From NCBI RefSeq assembly GCF_006345805.1, contig NC_043011.1, forward strand, positions 20,100,464 to 20,164,463: a stretch of DNA of 64,000 bases, given 5' to 3'. Source of the DNA: Octopus sinensis (lineage: Eukaryota). The notes under the pieces are model-generated. The model was given only the letters and a program-made list of their open reading frames with translations. It made no database searches and was not told where the DNA came from. This document shows positions 52,801-64,000 of this stretch, piece after piece. The position numbers and the translations under genes are program-made. Each line of letters starts with the position of its first letter. Position 1 is the first letter of the stretch.

Positions 52801-53523
52801 TGTCCTAGGGCAACGTTATATATCATGATTGTGTTGTTATTCATTGTGCCGTTTGAAAACTTTGGTAGCGGTTCTCTATTAACCATATCAGTGAGCTCAA
52901 TCTTGCCGAGTTCTCTCATAATGTACACTTTTGCTTCCATAATCTTTTCTCTATTATTCACCTCAAACTCTATGCCATATCTATTTTGGTTTTCTTGGGG
53001 AAGGTCTAGGTTCTGCTCTTTTTTCAAATCTCTCGTCTTCGCTATTCTTTGTTTAACTTCCCCATTGGGAAGTTGATTTACCGCTTGTACACTGGCGTCT
53101 GTGCTACTGTTACCTATTTCGTCTACATTGTTGCTGTTTTCTTTTGGTCTACCATGAGCTATTAGTGTCCTAATTTGGTCAATTTCAGTGTCAGTTAGTC
53201 TTTTGTTTTTAATTATATCTCTGCGTACATTACTTAATTTATTTGCGTCTATATATCTACGTACTTCGTTGCCTACTGAATTTCTCCATGAGAGGTATGT
53301 TTGTACACTGAGGTTATTGTTTGGGTTTAGTTGGGATGTATAAAAAGCTTTCAACACATCTCTATAGTCCTCTCTGGTCCATTTTATACGTTTTGCTTTA
53401 GGTGGTGTTTTTGGTGGCGTCACTACAAGTCCAGAGTTAGAAGTATTCTGGTTCTGGTCACCTGGTAGATCGTCTTTATGAGAGTTTGTTCCAGCAGCAA
53501 ACTTTTCGACCCCTTTTCGGCAT
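49801..53523 (-). mobile_element. R4/Dong-type (restriction-like endonuclease) non-LTR retrotransposon, near full length, in (TAA)n
   Basis: N-terminal KWTREDYRDVLKAFY (Myb-like); RT QGDSLSPLL and YMDDLKL; CCHC CRFCDTFDETIDHLVSGC; RLE RHD, PDIIFKD, LIEVSVP. (TTA)n on both flanks (49747-49800 and 53524-53632). Confidence 0.9.
49958..51955 (-). pseudogene. R4/Dong ORF, C-terminal RT + CCHC + RLE part (665 aa open; upstream part broken)
   Basis: Motifs as above; stops and frameshifts between 52690 and 51955. Confidence 0.85.
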
Positions 53524-53571
53524 GTTATTATTATTATTTTATATTTTATTATTATATTTATTATATTATTA

Positions 53572-53633
<62 letters not shown>

Positions 53634-53809
53634 GTAGTTTTTCTTTGTTCATTTCTTGTTTAAATTTTTCTTTAGTTACACAATTTTTCAGCTTTGATAA
53701 CGCCGGTTTTTTTGTGTGTTTCAACAGTGGCCCCTTGGCATTTTTATATACCACCCTAAGCTGTTTTCCTCCGTGGCCCCATGGCATTTTTATATACCAC
53801 TCTATGCTG

Positions 53810-53861
<52 letters not shown>

Positions 53862-53970
53862 AGTATTAGTAGTAGTGTTGTTGTTGTTGATGTAGTTATT
53901 ATTATTATTATTATTATTATTTTATCATTATTATTATGATCAACATCATCATTATTATTTTTATTATTAT
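53524..53970. repeat. (TTA)n tracts interrupted by a unique segment
   Basis: Direct reading. Confidence 0.9.
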
Positions 53971-56900
53971 AGGATAGTCTATTTAATCTGTAACCTGGTT
54001 AAAGCACTTTGTGGGGGTGGGGGCTGTGCATAACTTTCATGTAAAGTAGGTAATGCTCAGAACGGTTTCAGAGACCCTGAAGATATCAAGGATACCGCCT
54101 CCCTCATCTGACAATTCCATTTTAACAAAAAAGCATTTAACCTTGCAACTTGACATGGAAGTGTTGTACATAAAGTATGGATTAAATATCTTGATATTGT
54201 ACGTGATGCGCAGTGTTAGAAAACTGATGTGAATGTTGACCCTAAGAATTAGTTGCCCGTACTTTTTATCTCTTAAGCTTGGTTTAGTGTATTTCTTTGC
54301 GTAAATGTATGCCCCTTTTCTCTTCTGTGTCAAGTTACTGTAGGGCAAATACATGACAATCGAAGACTGCATATAGTTAGTATCCTTCCATAAAGTGAAC
54401 CTACAACACTTGGTATTAGATATACACCCCTATTTCTCTATTTAGCTACACCCCTTCTCGCCACTCTAAAGAAGAAATATGTTCTAGTTAGTTAACGAAG
54501 GATCAACACTTCATTACAACCGCAATTTTTCCCCAATCTATAACTGATGAATACTTCTTATTGAACAGCAAGCAATAAATGTTTTCGTTGACATTTTATG
54601 ATTTTTCTATTGCAAAGAATTCTAAATGAGTTTGTTAAATAAGTGAATGATTCGGTCATGATAATTTTTTTTATATCTCGAGGAAAAGCATTTACAAATT
54701 TACAATGGAAATCTTTATTCATTCATTCATACACAATTCTAATGATTAAAAATTTAAATTAGATAGTAATGCATTCCTTATAATCTCCTGCTAACTTATA
54801 TGTCGAACAAAATAACATTGTTTTTAAGGCAGTATTTATTTCACAACTGATAACTGAACATTGAATAGAATATTTCTTTAAATTCAATGACATTTAAACA
54901 AAAATGTGTTTCTATATGTGTATGCGAGTGTTTTAATACATATGTGTGCAACGTGCCATAACTTCCAGATAAAATATATCAATTGACATCATTAAAGCAA
55001 AGTTTTACGAAGTTGTAATGATTTCTTTTGTCACTTGAAATGCATTAAATTGGATCGTTTATTAGATATTGTTAATGTTTCAAATTACAACAGCGACTTA
55101 AAATGGTGTAGCAAACACTGGAATATTGATTGTAACAATCTGCTGATCAAACAATACTGGCGTCCCGGTTTTAATGTTTTAAACAACCTACCCACATGTG
55201 TTTGTCTCATAAATACCATAAAGAAAAGGCATGAACATCTCCCCGACATTTTAGTTTTCATTTGTTATCCTATTTAGTACCGAGATATTTCTAGACATAA
55301 GAAATAAAGTATTACTCACATTGGTTTAAATTCACTCATTTGTAAGTGAAAGAGCCATCACGATCATAATTTATCAGCTTGCATGGTGAGGGATGTAAGA
55401 TCAAACCTGGAAACAAGAATCGGAGCAGAAGGATAAGGCCAAGGTATTACCCGGAGTCAAACTCGCTATTACTCTCCTAAAGCATGTTTCATAAGTTTAC
55501 AGTACGTGCTAGTATGCGAAGGTTACACTTTTCATAACTAATTTTAAGCTCATGAGTAGACGTATCTATACTAAATTTCCTGTGTCTCCATACTGTAAAA
55601 TAAAAGAAAATTGCAGATTACAAGTGATCAATTGGAATTATAGGTCACTAACCCATTAACAAAATATCAAAGTAAAGTATGTGCTAAGACCATGTTTGTA
55701 AGTGTATCTACTTTAGAAATTTCAAATAAAAATCAAAGGTGTGTGCGAGAATGAAGCGTCATCGAATCTAGGAACTACAGTTAAATAATGCAATACATTC
55801 AGTTCAGTGTACTATCTGACACTCCAGTTCCCCTTTAAGGGAAATAATCGTTTGTAACTTTGGCACAAAGCCACAAATTTGAGTATGACGATAGTCAATT
55901 GAATCGATCTTTGTTTATGAATCGATCCAATTTTATCGAGTTCAGAAAGATGAAGGCAAAATTGATTGATGTGAGATTTGTACGCAGATATGATGAAATA
56001 AAACAAACTCTTATCAGACATCTTGTCTGGGTTTCTATTGTTTTTGATATGCTCAGTCATCTTTTGTCGAATAATACCGATTTCTAACAAAGGCACAAGA
56101 CCTCAAAAACAGGGAAACAGAAATGGATTCAATCGATCCATTATACAGAAATATGATTACCACGTATTTAATCGACCCTTGAAAGATGAAAAAAATCAAC
56201 CCAGACAAGACTTAAAGTGAGAATGTAGAAGAACCAAACTTGGTATTACAAGGTAATTTCTCCACCTCTCAATTGGTTCGTTCATTCTTTGACTTGATGA
56301 GGAAATGAAATAATAAGAGTGCCAAGATCGCAAAATCAAGTTGCTTAGTTGGCATTCCGCTAACTTCCATTTGTCCTTCATAATTATTTCTCAATTTTGA
56401 TTTTTGATTTTTGTTGTTATCTGTCTTTTCACTGTTCAAACTAAAAATTAATATGGTGCCGAAAATATGACCCAAATGCTGGAGTCGATTCTGACATGAA
56501 AGCAAATGTCAGCATTTCACTGTCAATATTTTGCAGACTTGTTGAAGGCGAACTAATTGAAACAAAAATTTATAATACTTCACCAAATAGTCATATTCTA
56601 TTCTCTGTTTATATTGCAACTCAAATTTTCGTTAATTAAGGACACTTCAAATGAATTGATGTCTTCTTTAAAACGACACTAAGTGATCGACTCGTTTGGA
56701 ATGTAGAACTGACCAAATGACTAATTGGTTTACATCCTCCTCTTACAACTTTTATTCTGATGAGCCAAGGAAGCTGCTCGTACATGGACTGAGAACCTGC
56801 TAGATCTAGCAGCCAAGTTACACTTATGTTTTACATAATGATGCAGTCTTAGAAGAGTAACAAATGAGGGTGGCCACGGATGGAAAACTTTAACCACATG

Positions 56901-57108
56901 TATGTCCCAATAGGTTTCGCTCACTATTTCATTTGTGAACTGATCCTAGGCTATACAGTACTTACCATGGCAAGTAGCTTCCAACGTCTTAGAAGATGCT
57001 CAGAGGCACCACGAAATATTCACCTCGCAAACATGCAGTAATAAGCCCAATTCTAAGCACCTTTTCTGCTATACTTTCAAAGGGACAATCCAATACCTTA
57101 TATATATA

Positions 57109-57600
57109 CAGGGTGTGATAGGTAAATTTTCACCATTTTATATTTTTAATTTCGTGCATGCGATTTGCTTGTTTTCGATTTTATCTACTACACAGTATAG
57201 TAGGGACAAGTGGACACCATCTGTGAGAAAAACATCACCATGACGCAATTAACTCTACCAGAAATTTGGAGACAACATGCTGTATCTGGTGAAATGCCTG
57301 GCTACTAAATTTTAAATTCTCAAGCTATATTAGTCTTGACTTTGAGGCTAGATGTTGCGTTGAACCACAAAGCCTTCCAAGTTCTAGTTCTGTGTGATTC
57401 GGAATCCTTAATATAAAATAGCCTTTCATTAGGCCTACAATAAGGTCTAAACGTTTTTATTATTGTACAGAGTCCACTTTTCATTGCAAGTTACAACACG
57501 GTCGAGAAATGGATCGGTCTGGTACTGTTATTGGTACTACTAGAGATGAGCCTGTCAACAGTGTAAAGGTTCTTAGTTTCATCAAATGGTGGGTGAGTAA
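57109..57600. mobile_element. Tc1/mariner debris
   Basis: TA|CAGGGTGTGATAGG TIR-like start; 57490-57520 ACAACACGGTCGAGAAATGGATCGGTCTGG matches the mariner at 59775. Confidence 0.45.
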
Positions 57601-58120
57601 TTTGTCGGAATTTCGCACAAAATTTAAACCTTCTGTGTGAGAACTTCAAAAGCTATTGTTCACTTTGCAGACTTTTATTTTGCTTATCAGATCAATAAGA
57701 TCACATTCAAAATGTTACATGTTCCTAACTGCCAGAGGGCTTTCTAGATTTAACTTCATAATTACAATTGGCATTAGTCTACCACAATCACGTGTCATTC
57801 TGCGAATAAAATTTTCCATTTCTACAATCAAAAGATTTAACTATTGAATATTCAATGGAATTGGGATGTTTCTGACTGAACATTTCAAAGGAAATAACTT
57901 CATTTCAAGCTCTCTCTTCTTCCTCTGATAGAATATCGCTAAAATTATCAAAGGAGCAGTATATGCATATGCGAATATATTAATTCAAAACAAAATAAAG
58001 AAAATAGCGTTCGAATATCAGAGGTAAGACAAAATAATGCTTTATTGCAGCTGAAAATATTTCACAAAACGTTGCTCAGTTTCACGTATTCGATCATCAG
58101 ACAACCCTGAGTAGTTTGAA

Positions 58121-58289
58121 CAGGAGTGGCTGTGTGGTAAGTAGCTTGCTGACCAACCACATGATTCCGGTTCAGTCCCACTGCGTGGCACCTTGGGAAA
58201 GTGTCTCCTGCTATAGCCTCGGGCCAACCAAAGCCTTGTGAGTGGATTTAGTAGACGGACATTGAAAGAAGCCTGTCGTATATATGTAC

Positions 58290-58379
<90 letters not shown>

Positions 58380-58597
58380 GTATGTCTGTGTTTGTTCCCC
58401 CAATATCGCTTGACAACCGATGCTGGTGTGTTTGCGTCCCCGTAACTTGGTGGTTCGGCAAAAAGAGACCGATAGAATAAGTACTGGGATTACAAAGAAT
58501 GAGTCCTGGGGTCGATTCGTTCGACTAAAGGCGGTGCTCCAGCATGACCACAGTCGGATGCCTGAAACAAGTAAAAGAGTAAAAAAATATAAGAGTA
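58121..58597 (+). mobile_element. SINE family B, full length
   Basis: Same structure as 44081-44530. Confidence 0.9.
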
Positions 58598-59399
58598 AAG
58601 TGATGATATTTAATTGCTTTGCAATCGCTTCAATTTTCTCCATCAACTGCGCTGTTTGTGTATCCACATTTTACACAAGTTCTCACTGGTTCCTATTAAC
58701 ATCTTTTAACTTAGCTCCCATTCTTCTCTTTCTATTTAGTTTCAATAATACTCATTCTTCTGGGCCTTATAGTGTACTTATACCTTCGCCTTTTGTTAAT
58801 TATTAATTATTAATGTTAATTTCATCTTTTACAATATATTTTTCTTAAACTCTTGATTTTTAAAACAGTTTTTTTCTCCGCTGTAATTATTATACTTATT
58901 TCCACGTATAAAAGCGATTTATCTTATACAGTTTTTAATTCAATTTCAACTCGAATTTTAATGTTTATATTTTTCCGTTACGGTCAATTGTTTTCATTCA
59001 ACAGATTCTTGTTGTTTTGAAAAGTAATAACGCCGTGTTCAATCAGCTTGAAATGATTATTTAATGAGTTACTAAATAATTATCACTGCACAGTTTATAA
59101 ACATTTATAAACCATAATATTGTTCAAAGCATTCACGTTCAGCAGGGTTATGAACCGGAAATTGCCAATGTTTGTTGTCTTCATCAGCAGCACCGGAGAT
59201 AATGGGTTCTTATCAGTTTGCTGACAACTGAGTGATACGGCTACAAAGAAAATGACGAAAAAAACATAGTATTTCTCTATAAATTTCGCAAGGCAAAACA
59301 TTCATGGCTGACGGTTTCCCTTCGCACAATCATCCCCAACAGTATCTCTATTGCTGTTCTCGGCATTTTGCATTATTCCACCTCCAATATCAAGAGTTA

Positions 59400-59620
59400 G
59401 GGTTGGCTGCTAAAGTAGGCTTTGAAATACAGTGTCTCCACTGCAACAAACTGCACGCAAAACCTTCCGATGGATCAGGTCTTTCGTCAATGGGTTGCTA
59501 TCTCAGGTAAAGAACTGTTAGATGCTGCTTATGGAATGGTGCCCGTCTAGTTGGGTTTCCATTTCAGGTTTACCGAGTAACCTAGACCAGGATTTCCCTA
59601 CCAATATTTTAGGGATAGTG
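59400..59620 (+). mobile_element. Highly degenerate LINE RT fragment
   Basis: FRWIRSFVNG and SSWVSISGLP resemble the WIxSFL...SGVPQG region of CR1/I-group RTs. Confidence 0.35.
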
Positions 59621-59767
59621 GAAGTTTTCGTAGTGTGTGTTTCTGAAATACAACACTTCCGTCGATTCTTATCATTTTGCACAAGTGACGAAATTTATAC
59701 AACCCCTTTCGTAAGAAGATAATCTCACCTTCTCTAGCGATTATAGATACAAGTGATAATGGCCATC

Positions 59768-60260
59768 ATCGCAACTTACAACACGGTCGAGAAATTGATC
59801 GGTCTGGTTACGAAGAACAAATTTCATATCCACGCATTTTCTGATTTTCTTTTAAATCGTACCAACTTGTCGAGCTTTTTTGATTTTCCAATTGCATGCA
59901 AATGGTTGCAAGCAGTTTTCTGGTTAACCTGAAGGTCTTTTACCAGTTTTCGAGTTGTTTCCCGTGGATATTTCTCAATGATGGTCTTTAATTGACCTTC
60001 ATCGATGACAGATGGGCGTCCACTCACGACCTTCAAGGCTCAGGTCTTCACAGCGAAATCGTTTAAACCATTTTCAAACTGACCACTCACAGCTCATTTC
60101 CTCACCAAGCCTTCCGTTGATACAACGAGCAGTTTCCGCTGTTTTACGTCCTTTTGTAAAGTGGAATAGCAAAATTGCTCGAATATCGCGCTTTAACAGT
60201 TCCATTTCAGACGATTGTAACAATGGTGAAAAAGTACCAATGTTAATTTATTTATGCATT
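59768..60260 (-). mobile_element. Mariner transposase N-terminal fragment
   Basis: SGRPSVIDEGQLKTIIEKYPRETTRKL, NHLHAIGKSKKLDKLV, FLDRVVSCD. Confidence 0.8.
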
Positions 60261-61757
60261 TGGCAAGTCTATGTCTGTATTATCAGACAATTGCAAAACA
60301 AACGTTAAAAATAAATTCAAAACACTACAAAATCCGGTACAAATTCTTCATGGTTCAAAACGTTGCTTACTTGTTACTCAACCTGATATATATAAGTGAC
60401 AGTTGTAAGCAGGAAGCACGATTGTACAGAAAATATACAACCCCTTCCGTTGACTCGGTGAGATAACTTCACCTTCTGTAGCGATTATAGATACAATTGG
60501 TTATGGTCATCTCTATTGTTTGACCTCAAATCAGCACTCACTGAGCTGATATAGGAACAATGATGTTCCAGGCTTGACTTCTCTTCTACTCTTAGACTAG
60601 TGAGAACTACATTATAAAACGAATGGCAAATCAATTTAGATATAATTTGGAGGAGAATTTTGCTTTTATTTCTACGAGGTTGTGGGCCACGTGGTGGTCT
60701 CCGACTCAGATATGAGAGCGGAACCTACTTCACTTTTAAAAAGCAGAGACAAAATCGAAATGATATCGGTATTCAAACTAAGTATTTCATTATTCGATTG
60801 TTTTCTATAGCTAATCGAAATTGGGAAAGTATTGGAACTTTCTCACCTCTCCAGAAGGCTAGAATTCAAGTGAACGTAAAGCTAAGCACGACTAGTAATT
60901 AAACTGAAATAATGATATTTAATTATATTAGGTGTGCGATGGACATGGTAAAAATTATCTAATAGTTTTAAGATTCCGAAACGAATTAAAAGACGTTTTC
61001 TTCTTTCCGGAACTTATTTCGTTTAAACAACTGAAACTTCTCTTTAAAGAACACTACATTTTAAAATACAAAAACGTGTGGCGTGTCGAATTGATACAAC
61101 GTTGTTAGTTTTGTTAATTGACTTCCGCTTCTCTAAGGAAACTGCTCACACAACATACTATTTCAATAATGGAAATTTTCAGTGATTTTTCCTTGAATAA
61201 ACATTGCATGTTCAGCATTGGAAGTGAGCAGCAGTATAAATTTTATACAATTCATGAAATTGAATTAGAGGCATCTAGAAGAAATTTAATGGATTTTCTG
61301 AGATCCAAATTAGAAGCCATTAAGGTTTTCTTCTATTGGTGGTCTGTGGGGTGAAAAATAGGTCACATTGAACATTATAAAAGGTGATCTTAGAATCATT
61401 ATCATATAATTTATAACCAATATATATTTTTTTTTCTTGTTTCAGCTCAGAGCTACGGCCATGCTGAGGCACCGCCGTTTATACATGTATGTATTCAACT
61501 CGAATAAGCTACATTCATGCATACATGCATACATACATACATACATACATACATACATACACAGACACATACATACGTGTGTCTATATAAGTGAGTGTAT
61601 GGATGTATGTATATCGATGTATTCATACTTATACATGCATACACACACAAATATGTATTTCGACTTATAATAAGGTACTAGCGAAATTTATTAATATATT
61701 AACTCTAACAGGCGATGGGATATGACTATATACATACATCTTCAGCTACAACAACAT

Positions 61758-61810
61758 CAACGACGGCAATGGCAGTACCCTTAACAACAACAGCAGCATC
61801 ATAAATATAC

Positions 61811-61856
<46 letters not shown>

Positions 61857-62572
61857 CAAGATTAAGATAGATCGATAGACATATAGATAGATACGTTCAT
61901 ATATATATATGTATATAAAGAGAGAGAGAGAGAGGCACATGCATATATATTTATATATATATAACACACACGCATATGTATGTATGTATGTATGTACGAT
62001 TTCTTTACACGCACAAATGTATAATTTAGATGAACTAATAAACTAATGTGATAAATCGGTGTTTCTAATTGAATTATCCGTAATGTTTCATGAAAGTGAA
62101 GACAGAACAGTCAATATTAGAGGGAAGGGAATATATATTTTTGTATAGAATTTGAGCCAAATTGATCTTCTTTAAATATATGTGTGTGCATGGATGCGTG
62201 TGTATGTCAGAGCGTGTGTGTGTGTTTGTGTGTGTATTTGCGTGCGTGTGTGTGTGTGTGAGCTGCAGGAAATGCGAGTTGTTGGAGACAGTGCCACCTG
62301 ACTGCGGAAAATGTTTTGTAAGAAAGGAGAATGTCATATTCAATCTTGGACACTACAAGAAAGTTGTATCTTTAATGTCTGTATTTGTATATACGTGTGT
62401 ATGTATGTATGTACGTTTGTGCACATGTATGTATGTGGATATGTTTGGACGTATGTGTGTGTAAGCTTGGGTCAAAGTATGTATCTATATATATTTCTTA
62501 ACTGCCCACAAGAAACCCTGTATATTTATGATGCTGCTGTTGTTGTTAGGGGTACTGCCATTGCTGTCGTTG
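61758..62572. repeat. 54-bp inverted repeat pair, 707-bp spacer
   Basis: 61758-61811 and 62519-62572 are reverse complements at 52/54. Confidence 0.9.
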
Positions 62573-62604
62573 TATGTATCTATATAGACGTACATCTATG
62601 TATG

Positions 62605-63790
62605 TATGTGTCGTGGCGGACGCCCCCAGGTGAGAAGTGTGCTTGTCCGCTACTAACAAATTGTGCATTGACACAGTTAGTAGTGTCAGTCACTGAGCTA
62701 TTTTTGGTGTTTTTTTAAATCATTTTTGATCCCTGTGAGTTAAATTTAGACAAGAAGCAGTGGATGGAGAGCGAACCAGTTCTATCCGGCAGCTATGCTT
62801 CAGCCACTGGAAGAAGTTTGACAGCTGACGTGTTGCATGTACGAGAGATGAAGATAGAGCAGAGGAAGTTGAAGGAGTTCAATAGACGCATAGAGAAAGA
62901 CGGAACCAGTTTGAGGTTGACACCGTCAGAAAATTTAGCAGCGAGCGTGATGAAGCGAACAGCAGTGTATAGAACGCTGTCCACAACTTCGAAAAAAATA
63001 GAAATAGCTACAGTAGAGGCGATAGAGGAATACTCCACCTCATACGCTACTTCTTAGAGAGGGTGGATAAATTCTCTGGCAAAGGTGGGACACTGGTGCA
63101 TTTAGACCAATCTAAAGCATTTGATAGGGCCGACCATCGGTATCTTGCGACGGCTTTCGAGGCGGCCGGGCTAGGCCCGACTTCCCGTGGCTGGATCACT
63201 GCTTTGTACAGCAACATCGAGTCTGCCGTCTAGGTGAATGGTTTCTTCTCGAAACCGTTCAATATTGAGCGCTCGGTTCACCAGGGATGTCCTTTGTCTC
63301 TGCCTTCGTATGTGCTGGCTTTTGAGACATTACTGCGAAGGGTGGAGGCGGTAGAGGGCGTTTTGCATGATCTATGGGGCAGAAGAACAGCTACTGCGTA
63401 CGCAGATGACATCACCATCATCGTATCCGATGAAGGGCAGCTACATACTATAGGAACCGCCATCAAAGAATACGAATCGGTGGCAGGAGCAGCTATTAAT
63501 CAGGACAAGTCAGGCGGCTTGCAACTCGGCACCCGGAGGAGCAAGTCGATGCTACCCAATAACATCGTGGGACATTGGACTGAAGGTCCGATTAAGTTGC
63601 TTGGGTCTGGTTCGGTACAGACCTTCAGATAGAAAAGAATTAGAGCGAGGTTACAGGCTGGGTGAGCGCCCTAATCCGGATCTGATCTGGAAGGTGTTAT
63701 CTCTGCTATGAAGGGCGAAAGGAGAACGTATGTTTGTAGCATCCGTTATCACCTACCGCCTGACTGTCGTGTTTTGCCCCGATTTGTGAC
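62605..63790 (+). mobile_element. L1/Tx1-type LINE remnant: ORF1 start fused by deletion to RT
   Basis: ORF1-like 62764-63050 (SYASAT...KRTAVYR...IEE); RT motifs HLDQSKAFDRADH, SVHQGCPLS, YADDIT, GAAINQDKS, IKLLG. Start coordinate approximate. Confidence 0.8.
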
Positions 63791-63794
63791 TGGT

Positions 63795-64000
63795 CCCGTT
63801 TACTTGAACATGCTGCAACAGTCTGTCGTATCAAGTATTAGAGAAGTCTTTGAAGATGAGGAATTTTATTTTCAGCAAGATGGAACACCCTCATACTACC
63901 ATCGGGATCTTAGATCCTTCCTTGATGCGATTTTGTCAAATAGAGCGATTGGAGGAAGGGGGTTCGTTAAATACCTCCTGCGTTCACCAGACCTCATTCC
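63795..64000 (+). mobile_element. Tc1/mariner-superfamily transposase fragment
   Basis: YLNMLQQ...[12 protein letters not shown]...AIGGRG...RSPDLI, matching the FQQDGAPPH...WIGR...RSPDLTP pattern. Confidence 0.75.

Overview
AT-rich eukaryotic (animal) genomic DNA dominated by microsatellites and transposable elements. I could not support any host protein-coding gene; most short ORFs in the track are microsatellite or antisense artefacts. The SINE families and repeat landscape look like an octopod cephalopod genome (inference from recalled repeat families, not a database match). Recognisable elements: a Chapaev3-like DNA transposon 5' end, a full-length degenerate Tc1 element, mariner fragments and MITEs, a 5'-inverted RTE fragment, a 5'-truncated CR1-group LINE, a near full-length R4/Dong-type LINE sitting in (TAA)n, an internally deleted L1/Tx1-type LINE, and at least four tRNA-derived SINE families. 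The most notable structure is at 24234-29714. It is a head-to-tail array of three ~1.75-kb units, each carrying one L1/Tx1-type ORF1 (RRM-like region plus CCHC knuckle, consensus 473 aa) and no reverse transcriptase. Its ORF1 aligns without gaps to the ORF1 remnant of the RT-encoding LINE at 62.8 kb, and its 3' terminus is shared with one tail variant of a SINE that also occurs as a head-to-tail dimer. Together these suggest an ORF1-only (HAL1/HeT-A-like) non-autonomous retroelement and a SINE that depend on the same L1/Tx1-type machinery.
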